Source: an uncultured delta proteobacterium (GTDB lineage Bacteria; Desulfobacterota; RBG-13-43-22). Taken from it: 64,000 nucleotides of DNA. Made by a program: the position numbers and the translations under genes. This document shows positions 52,636 through 63,238 of the stretch, one piece after another (positions within the stretch are counted from its first letter, which is position 1; each line of letters opens with the position of its first letter). The stretch covers positions 167,301-231,300 of the forward strand of contig CAVQFQ010000010.1 of assembly GCA_963711835.1 (NCBI GenBank). Reading direction: 5' to 3'. A model generated the notes under the pieces. It did not search any database. It was not told the origin of the DNA and saw nothing but the letters and a program-made list of their open reading frames with translations.

Positions 52636-54845
52636 TTACTTCAACACCGCCGGCAAAAACACCAACTGGCCTTCCAAGGCCAGCTTCAGGTCTCCGTTGG
52701 TGGAGTCCCGGTAGGCAATGCGCGTTGGCCCGTCGGGCGGTGAAACGGCGATGGAGAGGGAGTCGCCCACCCAGCCGCGGCTGTCGATGACCTTCGTCGT
52801 CCAGGTAGCGCCGCCGGTTTGCTCGGCGAACTTCAGGTCGGCACCGGGCATGGAAAAATAGGCGATATGCGGCACGCCTCTGCTGTCGAAGGCCAGGTCG
52901 ACAAATTCGTCACCGCTGGAGTCGATGGTTTGGGGCACCCAGGCGCAGGGGTTCAGGGCACACGACGTGGCATAAACCACGTTGGCGTAGCTACCGCCGG
53001 GGAACGAGGTATAGACGGCGGCTTTCAGGCCTTGCGGGCTGATCCGAAACGAGTATTCAACCCCGAATGTGCCAGTGGCGATGATATCGTTCGTGTGCCA
53101 GGTCGTGTCTTTGTAAGCGTGGATGAGGTTGGCGCCTTTGCGGTACATCAGGTGCGGAGCCCCACTGGCATCCACTGCCATCGTGATCCCCGCATAGATC
53201 CCGGTATCGACGATGGTCGTGGTCCAGGCGTTGGAGCCCGTTCGTTTCGCGTAGATCAGCGAGCCATTCTTCTCATAGGCCGCATGAACCCCCGTCGTGG
53301 CATGGATCGCCAGCGCCGGGTGGTACATGGGGAGAGTTAAGCCGCTGTCCACGATCTCTGGACTGATAAAAGTGCAAACGGGGGCGCAAAGCAAGGCGGT
53401 ATACCTGACCGACCCATCGGCGCCGAGATACAACACCTTCGGCAGGTTGTTCTCCAGGGCCAGCGAAGAAGAACTGTTAGACCGGGCCTGTATCCACCGT
53501 CAGGGGGTACCAGTTTGCGCCGTCGTAGCGGAGGTAGAGTAACTGCATGGCGGTGGTGTCGGCGTACACGATGTGGCTGCGCCCCAGGGTGTCCACTGCC
53601 AGAGAGGGCTGGTCACCCACCTGGTGGCCGTTGGTGGCCAGGGTGTAGGGCGCCTGCCAGCCGCCGGACGTCTTATATTTGAAGGAAAATTGGCTCGTCG
53701 ACGTATCGTAGTAAGTGGCGTAAGGGTATCCTGCCATACCAGGCGAACGAGGCCCAGCTGCCCACAGCGGCGCCGGTGACGACTGCCTCTTCAGCCGACC
53801 AGTTGTTATCTCCTGTCCGGGACAGCCAGTAGTAACCAACACCCGGGTCCTGGTAGGCAATGTAGGGTATACCTCCAACCAGGCGCAGCGAGATGGCGGT
53901 CGCCGGGGCAGTGTAGGTGGTCGTGGCCGGCTCAGCAGCGTGCCAGCTTGCCCCATCCAAAAACGTATAGCGCACGGCATATAGCCCCGAAGATGGGGAG
54001 TTGGCGCTGGCGGAGATGTGCGGGATGCTGCCATTCAGAGCAATGTCGTTGTAGTCGCCATTCGAATCACCGCCCAAGGCCAGCGCCAGCGGGGTAGACC
54101 AGGTGTTGGGGCCGGTGCGGGTGGTGTAATACAGTGTGCCGTTGGAGGCAGTCACATGTTTGTGGTAGCTTACGTGCGGGGTGGCGAACGGTGGTCCCAC
54201 TGCCAGGGCAAACGCGCCGGGGTAATTCAGCAGCCCGGTGCCGGTGGCCAGCGTCTCAGGTCCCACCCAAGCACCGTATTCGCTGTCAAAGTAACCGTAT
54301 CGCAGGGTGTTATCGTACGAGGAAAAAACAATATGGGGGTCGTTCGCCGAATCGACGGCGATGGCCGCGTTGGATGCACTCAGGCCGTCAGCTATGGCGG
54401 GCGTTTCCAACTGCCAGCTTCCGTAGCGGTTGGTGGCGTATTTCAAGCAGTTGGCGACCGTGTCGATATAAGAAACGTGCAGCTTACCGGTGCTGTCGAT
54501 GGCCAGGGCGGCCAGGCTGCCCACACCCCAGGCTGGGTCCACCGTCTCATAGTACCAGGAGTCGCGGCCCTTCCAGGCGTGGTACAGGTGGTCGCCGCCG
54601 TATACCACATGGACCACCCCGCCCGTTGTAATTCCCAGGCTGTGCGGGGGCATGTTTTTGAATGTTAAAGGCGCATCGGCATGCTGAACCCACCAGCCCG
54701 GCGCCACCCCCGGCTCGATCATCGGAGCCGTCAAAGGCTGGGCTGCCTGGGCATCGGCGATTTCAATGAAATGCAGCCCGGAAGCAGTACCCAGACAGAA
54801 CACCAGGACAACCTTAAACCCCAGCAACCATGGAAAGCGCTTCAT
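52636..54845 (-). CDS. secreted beta-propeller-like repeat protein, split by two frameshifts (~53740, ~53485)
   Basis: Signal peptide; repeated LA.DS.G.PH..Y units across ORFs 53673-54845, 53477-54034 and 52636-53436; ends VFLPAVLK. Confidence 0.75.
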
Positions 54846-55052
54846 GGATATTCTCTCCTTATCCTCCCAGCCTTCGGCTTAGGAGCGGGCAAATCAGATC
54901 CTTTTTTCACTTTTTGCTCAGGACCTCCCGGGGGATGCGTCTAATTGAGACACCCATTTTTTTAGCCTGTTAGAAAAATTAGGTCAACTATTTCCTTGGC
55001 CTTTCCTGGCAGCCAGTCAGCATCCCCGGTCGATGACGGGAGAGAAGGCTGG

Positions 55053-55952
55053 TCAGGATTTTCTTAGGGAAGCCGCCCAATAAATCCAATACGGCACCAT
55101 AATGGATAAAGCCAGCCCTGCCGGCAAAAAAGTCTTGAGTCGAACCAGGCAGGCCGCGGAACAGACCAGGGAAAGAAAAATGGAGACCAAGGCGAATATC
55201 CCATCGGACAAAATAATTTCCCTTTTCTGCTGATCAGGGGCAGGTCTCTCCCAATGGAGATAACTGCCGCAAATAACAAACCCGACCATGAACCACCCAG
55301 CAAAATTCCAAATGGGGGTTCCGAAATAGCCCCCCGGTTCCTTCCAAACCCAGGCCCCGGAGGAGACCCCCAAAGGTTCGATAATAAAATCCATAGCCGT
55401 AATGTAAAAGGCGCCCAAGACGGCCATAGGGAGCCATCGGCTTCTCAACCTAGATCCCTTCCACCGTATCAAGAGGGGACGAAGAAAAACCATAGCCGTA
55501 TTAGCCAGCCAAAACCAGACCAGGGGAATACAAACCGGCACTTGCTCCGTAAGTCGCGGGATCAAGGCCGAATCATAACGATGCAGGCTTCCGAATAACC
55601 CTTTCCAGTGCATCCCGATCCATTCGGCGGAGAAGGAAACAAGAAATGAAATAAAAAACAGCCCCCAGGCATTGGAAATACTACCTCTTAAATAGCCGTG
55701 GCAAATCTGGGCTGCCGTCAGAAAAAAAATAAGTCCCTGGAGAAATGGATTCATTTCCAGTCCGGCAAAGTGGATTCCCTTTATAAAAGGAAGGCAAAAA
55801 ACCACCGTCCCTACCATAAAAGCCAAAAAGAGTAGTTGGGCAATTCGGCGGGATCCCTGAAGGCTGATCCCCGGGCAGGATTCCATGGTGGCCACTTTTT
55901 CCTCGACCCCGTCAGGCATCAGGTAGGACTCCTGTTCAGGGGCCTTACTCAT
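55053..55952 (-). CDS. CruF/DUF422 (carotenoid biosynthesis family) membrane protein
   Basis: E.IG...G.FG, VP..IPL.W, D..IEP, W.W..PG.YFGTP.WNFAGW. Confidence 0.75.
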   Translation of the reverse strand: MSKAPEQESYLMPDGVEEKVATMESCPGISLQGSRRIAQLLFLAFMVGTVVFCLPFIKGIHFAGLEMNPFLQGLIFFLTAAQICHGYLRGSISNAWGLFFISFLVSFSAEWIGMHWKGLFGSLHRYDSALIPRLTEQVPVCIPLVWFWLANTAMVFLRPLLIRWKGSRLRSRWLPMAVLGAFYITAMDFIIEPLGVSSGAWVWKEPGGYFGTPIWNFAGWFMVGFVICGSYLHWERPAPDQQKREIILSDGIFALVSIFLSLVCSAACLVRLKTFLPAGLALSIMVPYWIYWAASLRKS

Positions 55953-57066
55953 TTCGAAGGGCCTCCACGGGGTTCAAATGGGCGGCCCGCCAGGCCGGAT
56001 AGAGGCTGCCCAGCCCTCCCAAAAGCACGACCGAGCCCAGTATCTCCATCAGTAGCCTGCCTGAAATCTCGGTTTCGATAATTCCCCGCAGGACAGGCAA
56101 GCCTGTCAGCCAGGTGAGACCGGCAACCCCTATCCCCAATCCGGCCGCCCCTCCCAGGAAAGCCAACAACAGTCCCTCGAGCACGATGATCCCCACGATC
56201 CTTCTGGTGGGCCAGCCGAGGGCGGAAAGGATGCCGATTTCGTGGGTCCTTTCAATGACCGCCATTAAAAGTGTATTCAGAACCACCACCAGGGCAATGA
56301 CGATGGCAATGAGGGAGATACTCCAGGCGATGGCCCGAAAGAGTTTGACGATCATGTCGTTGTCCGCCACCTGGCTGGTCTCAACGAAAGAAAGGTTTGG
56401 AAAGGCCTTCTGAAGGCGCGTCCGGACAGCGGCCATTTTCCCCGGTTCCTGCGATTGGTCAACTCGAATATGGAACAAGGTCACTTTATCCCTCCGTCCC
56501 ATCATGGCCTGTAGTACGGGAAGAGGCAAAATAGCTAAATTATTCCCGACTACGCCACCGATCCGGAATAGACCGATGATCCGAAAAGCCCTCTCGCGGA
56601 GCCGGATGAAGTCTCCCGGCTTCTTATGCAAGGCCTCGGCGACAGATTGTCCTAAAAGGATCACCTCTTCCTCACCGGCTGAAGGCATCCGCCCTTCGAC
56701 CAGGCGCAGGGTCCTCCAGAGGTAGCTGCCCGGGGTCCAGCCTACCGCGATGGTCAGGTGACTCCCTTCCAGGGTCATCATGTCGGCCAATTCCCCGGCA
56801 ATCTCCCGGACCCCCTCAATCCGGCGGATCCCGTCCCCCAAGTGGGCCTCAAGGGAGGTCGTAAAAAATTCTACCGCCCCTTTCTGCATGGCCAGGAGAT
56901 GGGTCCCCCGGGCCATGAGGCTGTTGATCCAGGCTTTTTCCAATCCCCGGGACAACCCGATCATGGCCACGAAACAACCCACGGCCATGGCGATTCCCCA
57001 CAGGGTCAGCAAAGACCGCAAGGGCCTCCGTCTCAGGTTCCAGATCGCCAGGCTGCCTAAGTGCAC
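55945..57066 (-). CDS. ABC transporter permease, MacB/FtsX family
   Basis: NL.RR.LRS.LT, NTLLMAVIERTHEIGILSALGW, PAWRAA.L.PVEALR. Confidence 0.92.
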   Translation of the reverse strand: MHLGSLAIWNLRRRPLRSLLTLWGIAMAVGCFVAMIGLSRGLEKAWINSLMARGTHLLAMQKGAVEFFTTSLEAHLGDGIRRIEGVREIAGELADMMTLEGSHLTIAVGWTPGSYLWRTLRLVEGRMPSAGEEEVILLGQSVAEALHKKPGDFIRLRERAFRIIGLFRIGGVVGNNLAILPLPVLQAMMGRRDKVTLFHIRVDQSQEPGKMAAVRTRLQKAFPNLSFVETSQVADNDMIVKLFRAIAWSISLIAIVIALVVVLNTLLMAVIERTHEIGILSALGWPTRRIVGIIVLEGLLLAFLGGAAGLGIGVAGLTWLTGLPVLRGIIETEISGRLLMEILGSVVLLGGLGSLYPAWRAAHLNPVEALRNE

Positions 57067-57812
57067 GACAGGCTTCCCTCTTCGTTTGGGGCCGGAACAA
57101 GGCGGCCGTCCTTGATCATGACCACCCGCCCCACCCGGCGGGCTATTTCTTTATCATGGGTGACGATGACCAGGGTGGTTCCCTCCCGGGAATGGATATC
57201 TTCCAGGAGTTCGAGTATCTCTGAGGAGGACCGGGAATCAAGATTCCCGGTCGGTTCGTCGGCCAGGATCAAATCCGGAGAATTGGCCAGGCTGCGGGCA
57301 ATGGCCAGCCTTTGTTTTTCTCCCCCCGAAAGTTCACCGGGAAGATGCTTGAGGCGTCCCGCCAAACCCACGCGGGATAAAAGCTCTTTGGCCCTTTGCC
57401 GGCGTTTCCCGGCGCTTCGGGTGACCCCGATCATGGCCACCTCGATGTTCTGCCCGGCATCCAGGGTGGGCAGGAGGTTGAAGGCCTGGAAGACAAAACC
57501 GATCCGCCGGGCCCGGAGAAGGGCCCATTCCCAGGGTTTCAGGTGTTCCCGGCCTTCAAATAAAACCCGGCCTGAGGTCGGAAGGTCAAGACCGGAAATA
57601 AGATGGAGCAATGTAGATTTTCCACTGCCGCTCGGTCCCATGACGGCCAGGTATTCATGGCGTTCTATCGTCAAGGAAAGATCACAGAGGGCTGAACACC
57701 GCCCTTTGGAATAAACCCGGCTCACCCCTTCCAGGGCGACCAAGGGAGGTGACTTCAAGGAGAAAGAGGGAGGGGTAACCATGGAACTCCTTTCCGCCGC
57801 AGCCCGAGTCAC
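57057..57812 (-). CDS. ABC transporter ATP-binding protein (LolD/MacB-type)
   Basis: GPSGSGKST, LSGGEKQR, ADEPTGNLD, VTHD. Confidence 0.95.
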   Translation of the reverse strand: MTRAAAERSSMVTPPSFSLKSPPLVALEGVSRVYSKGRCSALCDLSLTIERHEYLAVMGPSGSGKSTLLHLISGLDLPTSGRVLFEGREHLKPWEWALLRARRIGFVFQAFNLLPTLDAGQNIEVAMIGVTRSAGKRRQRAKELLSRVGLAGRLKHLPGELSGGEKQRLAIARSLANSPDLILADEPTGNLDSRSSSEILELLEDIHSREGTTLVIVTHDKEIARRVGRVVMIKDGRLVPAPNEEGSLSCT

Positions 57813-59575
57813 TCTATATCCTTGAATTCGGCGGCCTTGAGGGTGGCGCCGAGGTCTATGATCTTCCGGCTGAACTCTTCCAGGATTGCATTCAGCCTCA
57901 ACTGCTGGTCTTCGCGGTAAAAGAGAAAAAGGCTCATCATCTTGCGCGGGTCTTTAGGACTAGGTTCAGGGACGATACTCAAGCGCTCGGAAACTTGCCT
58001 TAGATCGGCCAGCATCTCCTCTACCCGTTGATACCTGGCTAAGGGATCTTTCCAGGTGGCCTTAAAAATAATATGGATCAGGTCTTCAGGCAGATCGGGG
58101 ACGACTTGACGGGGATCGGGCAACTCCCGGTTTACGTGGCAATCCATCAGCTTGGTTATATCATCCTCCAGGAAAGGCCGCAAACCGGTTACCAATTCGT
58201 AGGCCGTGATCCCCAGGGAATAGATGTCGGAGCGGGCATCGACGGCGCTCCCCTCCACCTGTTCCGGCGACATATAGTGGGGGGTTCCCTGGCCGCATAA
58301 ATCTTCTGTTCCCGGAGGTTGCGCCAACCCAAAATCCAGAATCTTGACTCGTTCGTTGGATCGGACAAAAATATTGGCCGGCTTGATATCCAGGTGGACC
58401 AGCCCCTGTTTATGGGCGTAGGCAAGCCCCTTGCAGATCTGGATTAGAATAGGTAAGGTTTTTACTACGGGCAGCCTGACCATTTTTTCCAACAGGGAAT
58501 CCAAGGGGCTCCCTTCCAGGAATTCGGTAATGATAAATAGAGTCCGGTACCGTTCTTCAATATCATAGACCTTTATGATGTTTTCGTGGTTTAGAGCGGC
58601 AATCATTTTGGCCTCGTTTCGAAAGGACCTAAGAAAATCGGGATCCATGGCCAGGTCGTGTTTCATCATTTTGATGGCCACAGGCATATTCAAGTCCCGA
58701 TGAAGCCCTTTATAGACAATCCCATAACCCCCTTTTCCAAGGATATCGGTAATCCGGTATTTACCGATGGCCCTGTCGGCCGTCAGGTTCGACGATTCGA
58801 AACGATAGGCCACCAGTTCCGTCAGAAAGTTTCTCAGGTCGGGATGGTCGGCGGCAATCGCTTCGAATTGTTCTTCAGTCAGCAACCAGACTTCCATATC
58901 CGTTTCGGCATCGGCATGGGCAGTTCTGGGTTCCCCGGTTAAAACGGCCATTTCCCCCACCACATCTCCTTCTTTCAGGCGGGCTATCGGATGGATCTCT
59001 CCCCCTTTTTCCAGAGTAATCAGGCAGGAGCCTTTTTGAATAATATAAAATGTATCCCCTTTTTCTCCCTGGGTGATAAAACGCTCTCCCGCCCGTACGG
59101 ATTTGAAACCAATGCTGTTAAGCACCGAGCAGACCGCCTCGCGGGGAATGGCCCTTAACAATTTAGTGCGGATGAAAAATTCGTAGTCCGATGAAAGGGG
59201 CCTTCTCTGGGGGGTGTCCTCCCTATGAATAGTGATGGGCAACCCCTGCTCCAGGGCCGTCAATTCCAAGCCGATGCGATACCAGGAAGTTGTCTTGGGA
59301 TCAGGGGAAATCCAGATTACTTTTCCTTTAAAGGAGTACCATCTCTTTTCCTTAGGGGCATAGCTCTCCCAATAGACAAGGTCCCTGGGTTCTAATCTTT
59401 CGGTCGTCTTAATTAGGACGCCGCTGGCGCCTTTGTTCAGAACATCGGCAAACTGGGTAAACCACTGGGTCTTGGGGGAGGGCTGTTCAATCCTTTTTAG
59501 ATAATAAAGGATGCCTAATTCAGGCGGCTGAGGAACTTCCCGTTTTGATTTGCGACGTTCCGTAAGCGTTTCCAT
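57809..59575 (-). CDS. PilZ-like + cNMP-binding + Ser/Thr protein kinase
   Basis: N-terminal RRKSKR and LNKGASG; GEMAVL..EPRTA; LGKGGYG, VAIK, HLDIKPAN, DFG, GTPHYMSPEQ. Confidence 0.88.
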   Translation of the reverse strand: METLTERRKSKREVPQPPELGILYYLKRIEQPSPKTQWFTQFADVLNKGASGVLIKTTERLEPRDLVYWESYAPKEKRWYSFKGKVIWISPDPKTTSWYRIGLELTALEQGLPITIHREDTPQRRPLSSDYEFFIRTKLLRAIPREAVCSVLNSIGFKSVRAGERFITQGEKGDTFYIIQKGSCLITLEKGGEIHPIARLKEGDVVGEMAVLTGEPRTAHADAETDMEVWLLTEEQFEAIAADHPDLRNFLTELVAYRFESSNLTADRAIGKYRITDILGKGGYGIVYKGLHRDLNMPVAIKMMKHDLAMDPDFLRSFRNEAKMIAALNHENIIKVYDIEERYRTLFIITEFLEGSPLDSLLEKMVRLPVVKTLPILIQICKGLAYAHKQGLVHLDIKPANIFVRSNERVKILDFGLAQPPGTEDLCGQGTPHYMSPEQVEGSAVDARSDIYSLGITAYELVTGLRPFLEDDITKLMDCHVNRELPDPRQVVPDLPEDLIHIIFKATWKDPLARYQRVEEMLADLRQVSERLSIVPEPSPKDPRKMMSLFLFYREDQQLRLNAILEEFSRKIIDLGATLKAAEFKDIE

Positions 59576-59817
59576 ATCGGCCCCTCCTCATTGTTATTGA
59601 AGAACCCAGGGCTGAAAGGGAAATGCCCCTCGGGTCTAATCGTAAGCCCTACTGTTTTAAAATGTTTTGCTGTGGTCTTAGCCAGTTGGGTCAGGTGCGG
59701 GAACTGGCGTTTTTGATGCCCGTGTCAGGATGATACAGATAGGGGTGCCTTTTGGTTGCAATTATTGATTAGATAGGATAACTTGTCAATTATTATATAG
59801 AATTAGGAGGGAAGCCG

Positions 59818-60624
59818 GTGGACATCAGAGAAAAAAACTTTAACAGCTTTATTTTCCAGGAAGTGGAACCCCGGGTAGGCTTGGTGACTTTAAACCGTCC
59901 CGAACGGTTGAACGCCATCCATCTGGAGATGCTTGAGGAGTTTGAGGAGTTGTGTCAATTTCTTTCAAAGGACGAATCGATCCGGGTCCTGATCATCACC
60001 GGCAAGGGGCGGGGATTCTGTTCAGGTGCGGATCTGATGGAGGTCGTGACCCAGAGGGACCATCAGGCATTTTCCGATCCTGAAATATTTTTACGAATGG
60101 TTCAGGAAAAATATACCAATCTTATTCTTCGCCTGAGGGCCATTCCCCAGCCGGTCATTGCCGCCGTCAACGGCCCGGCTGCCGGAGGCGGGATGGCCCT
60201 GGCCTTGGCCGCCGACATCCGGGTGGCTTCCCCCGAGGCCTGTTTCATAGCCTCCTTTATCAATATAGGTCTATCAGCCGGCGAGATGGGGACCTCCTAT
60301 CTGCTGCCCCGGCTCATCGGTCTCTCCCGGGCTTCCGAGATCCTCTATACCGGCAGAAAAGTGTTTGGGGAAGAGGCGGAGAAGATCGGGCTGGTTTCGA
60401 AGGTGGCCTCTTCGGAAAACCTGATAGAAGCCGCTTTAGCCTATGCCCGGATGATGCTGGAAAAAAATCCTGGGGGTCTCAAGCAGACCAAAAAGGTTCT
60501 GGAGCAAAACAGCACCGCCGCTTCCCTCGAGGCGGCCATCAATTTGGAGAATAGAAACCAGGTGATCCTGATTTTTTCAGGAGAATTTTATTCCCGCATC
60601 CAGTCTTTTTTCGGGGGCAAATAA
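59818..60624 (+). CDS. enoyl-CoA hydratase/isomerase family protein
   Basis: TLNRPERLNA, FCSGADL, PVIAAVNGPAAGGG. Confidence 0.92.
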   Translation: MDIREKNFNSFIFQEVEPRVGLVTLNRPERLNAIHLEMLEEFEELCQFLSKDESIRVLIITGKGRGFCSGADLMEVVTQRDHQAFSDPEIFLRMVQEKYTNLILRLRAIPQPVIAAVNGPAAGGGMALALAADIRVASPEACFIASFINIGLSAGEMGTSYLLPRLIGLSRASEILYTGRKVFGEEAEKIGLVSKVASSENLIEAALAYARMMLEKNPGGLKQTKKVLEQNSTAASLEAAINLENRNQVILIFSGEFYSRIQSFFGGK

Positions 60625-61012
60625 GCGGGGCAAGGGAGAACCTTTCTACGAAGTTCCCCCCCATCCCTTGAAACTCCCGGCCCCTTAAGAAACTCAAAAA
60701 ATCGGGCCTTGCTTTTTCTGACGCAACCAGGGCGAGGGAACGTTCCTTCCTGTACTCTTCAAATTTCCCTTTTTGAAAAAAGACAAGATTTCAAGTGGTA
60801 ATCGTTAATAACGCCTGTGAGGTATGATTTTCCAACTTCTAATCTAAGAAGCTACCCACGGTTATTATCCTCATAATTCTATTGACATTTTTCCTTAATA
60901 ATGCTTTAAATCTTGTTTATAATAAAATATCGAGTTAATATCCCAACTTAACCCCAACCTATTTGGACAGGGAAATGAAGTGGGAGACTCAAAATCAAAA
61001 AGTTCCGACAGG

Positions 61013-61058
61013 AAGCCTCCGAAGGGGATCAAACCCTTCTGGAGGCTTTTTATTTTTT
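61013..61058 (+). terminator. intrinsic terminator upstream of the PAS gene
   Basis: AAGCCTCCGAAGGG-GATCAAA-CCCTTC(T)GGAGGCTT followed by TTTATTTTTT. Confidence 0.75.
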
Positions 61059-61197
61059 GGTCTTCGATAAATCTATAAAAACGTAAAGGATGGTGTGAAC
61101 CAACGTGAAGAAAACCTTCTTGGCTTAGAGCCTTTCATCTCTGCCATTTTTGAATTGTTCTTTCTTATAAATCTAACGCGTAAGGAGGGCTTAAGAA

Positions 61198-61966
61198 TTG
61201 AAAGATAAAAAGCGGATGGAGGGGCCAAGCACTGAAGTGCTCTTAGAGTATGCCAGTAGTATCATTGCTACGTTAAGGGAGCCATTTTTAGTTTTGGATA
61301 AGAAATTACAAATCATTTCTATCAGCCAGGCTTTCTATACCACCTTTGAGGTTGCAGAAAAAGATACCATGGGCCGATTGCTTCCTGATTTAGGTGATAG
61401 GCAATGGAATATTCCTAAGCTGCTTCTGCTATTAAACGAAATTATACCGGAAAAAAAAGTTGTGAAAGATTATGAAGTCGAGCATAAATTTGAGCGAATT
61501 GGGCACCGAGTCATGCTCCTGAATGCTTGTCAGTTGCGCGTTCCTAAGCATATAGCAGCAATAATAGCGGCAGGGGAAGAAGAAGATGAAGAAGAAGAAG
61601 AGAAAAAGAACTAATCCTACTGGCTATTGAAGACATCACTGAGCGTAAGCGTTTACAAGTAGAATTGAATGAGTCTGAGGAGCGTTATCGCCGGGCCTTC
61701 GAAACATCCCGGGATGGATTATTGCTTGTTCATAAAACCGTAGGTGACATTCTTAATTCTAACGAAGCTGCTGAAAAATTGCTGGGTTATTCCCCAGAGG
61801 AGTTTTTGAAAAAGAAACTCTGGGAAATCGGCATGATTAAAAATGACAAGGACTTTCAAGAGATGATGTCAAGATTGGAAAGAGACGGTATGCTTTATTA
61901 CGAAGACACACCGGTAAAAACCAAAAAAGGTCTGAGTATAAGTTCAGAGGTTATTTTAGTTGACAA
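61198..61966 (+). CDS. tandem-PAS sensor protein, frameshifted at ~61605 and truncated at 61966
   Basis: II.TLREPFLVLD..QWNIP.L (PAS1), poly-Glu, then in another frame LILLAIEDITERKR..SEERYR..FETSRDGLL (PAS2). Confidence 0.75.
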
Positions 61967-62929
61967 CCCGGGCGTTCCAACGCGCTGCTGATCGCCCAGC
62001 GCCTCGGTCTGCCTCAGCCGATCATCGAATCTGCCAGGGCAGAGATCAACCCCGAGGACCTGCGCGCCGATAAACTGCTCGACGACATCCGCAAGGAACG
62101 CAATCGCACTTCACGTGAACGTCAGAAGCTGGAGAAAGCCCGCGATCGGCTCGAAGCGCAAACGCAGGAACTCGAGAAGCGCCTGGAAAAGATCGAAGAC
62201 GAGCGTCGGGAGATCCTGGCGAAAGCCCGCGCCGAGGGTGAACTCGAAGTTGCTGTATTGAAAAGGAATATCGATTCGCTTAAGTCGCAGCTCAAGAAGG
62301 CGAAGCAGCCTTTGCAAGCCTTGAAAGAGCTCGAAGAAAAAGTGGAAGCGATCGAAGAGAAGGTGGAAGCACCGGTGGAAAGACGGCAGACCGTCGACCA
62401 CGGACCATTATCCATGGTCAATCGTCCATTGTCACTTGGCGAACGCGTCTTCGTCGGTACGCTGAACGCGGAGGGAGTGATCACCGCCCTGGGCGAGTCG
62501 GACGCGGAAGTCCAGATCGGGAGTTTGCGCGTGCGGGCGCGTCTGGCGGATTTGGTGAGAAAAGTCCAGGAGGCAGAGGTCTCGCAGGAACAGAAGAACC
62601 CTTCGACCAGGCTCAGGGCAGGCGAAGACAGAAAGCCGGAAGCAGAAGGCAGCGGCCGGGTAGCAGTCAGCGGCACGAAATCTCCGGGGATCGAGCTGAA
62701 TCTGCGCGGCAAGCTGGTGGAAGATGGACTCGAAGAACTGGAACGCTATTTGGAAAAGGCATATTCCTCAGGTCTGTTGTTCGTGCGGATCATTCACGGC
62801 AAAGGAACAGGAAAAATGCGTGAAGCCGTACGCAACGCCTTGAAGTCGAGCTCCTACGTCGCCTCGTTCGAAGAGCCGAAGGATAGTGAAGGCGGCGCAG
62901 GCGTCACAGTCGCCAAAATGGCGAAGTGA
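61967..62929 (+). CDS. mutS2: MutS2 endonuclease, C-terminal part only (coiled coil, KOW, Smr)
   Basis: Open frame from 61967: PGRSNALLIAQRLGLP..; Smr ELNLRG..RIIHGKGTG..EGGAGVT. Confidence 0.88.
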   Translation, partial: PGRSNALLIAQRLGLPQPIIESARAEINPEDLRADKLLDDIRKERNRTSRERQKLEKARDRLEAQTQELEKRLEKIEDERREILAKARAEGELEVAVLKRNIDSLKSQLKKAKQPLQALKELEEKVEAIEEKVEAPVERRQTVDHGPLSMVNRPLSLGERVFVGTLNAEGVITALGESDAEVQIGSLRVRARLADLVRKVQEAEVSQEQKNPSTRLRAGEDRKPEAEGSGRVAVSGTKSPGIELNLRGKLVEDGLEELERYLEKAYSSGLLFVRIIHGKGTGKMREAVRNALKSSSYVASFEEPKDSEGGAGVTVAKMAK

Positions 62930-62975
62930 TCGCAAGAACGTAAATGGACTTGGTATAATTTGGCAGGAGCAATGT

Positions 62976-63218
62976 ATGACTCTTGATGATGCGATCAAAG
63001 AAATGACCCATATCATCAAATCCGCGAGCGGGAACGCGGAGATCAAGATGACCAAGATGTCCGAGGAAGAGGCGCGGCTGAATGTCTACGCGCCTGTCGG
63101 AGACATGGAGAGGATCAAGGTTGCAACCTTTCAACCTGCCATTAACCTGTTAAATAGCGACGGGCTGGACGTCCAGGTATTCGTGTACGATAAGGATGCA
63201 CCGCCGTTGAAGGGCTGA
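62976..63218 (+). CDS. small hypothetical protein
   Basis: ATG 62976 after AGGAG; TATAAT just upstream. Confidence 0.6.
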   Translation: MTLDDAIKEMTHIIKSASGNAEIKMTKMSEEEARLNVYAPVGDMERIKVATFQPAINLLNSDGLDVQVFVYDKDAPPLKG

Positions 63219-63238
63219 AGACAGAATCAGGAAGGATG

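Noticed and set aside
59705-59720. Possible sigma54 site TGGCGTTTTTGATGCC
   Set aside because: GG-N10-GC spacing is right, but the other positions match poorly and I saw no enhancer pair
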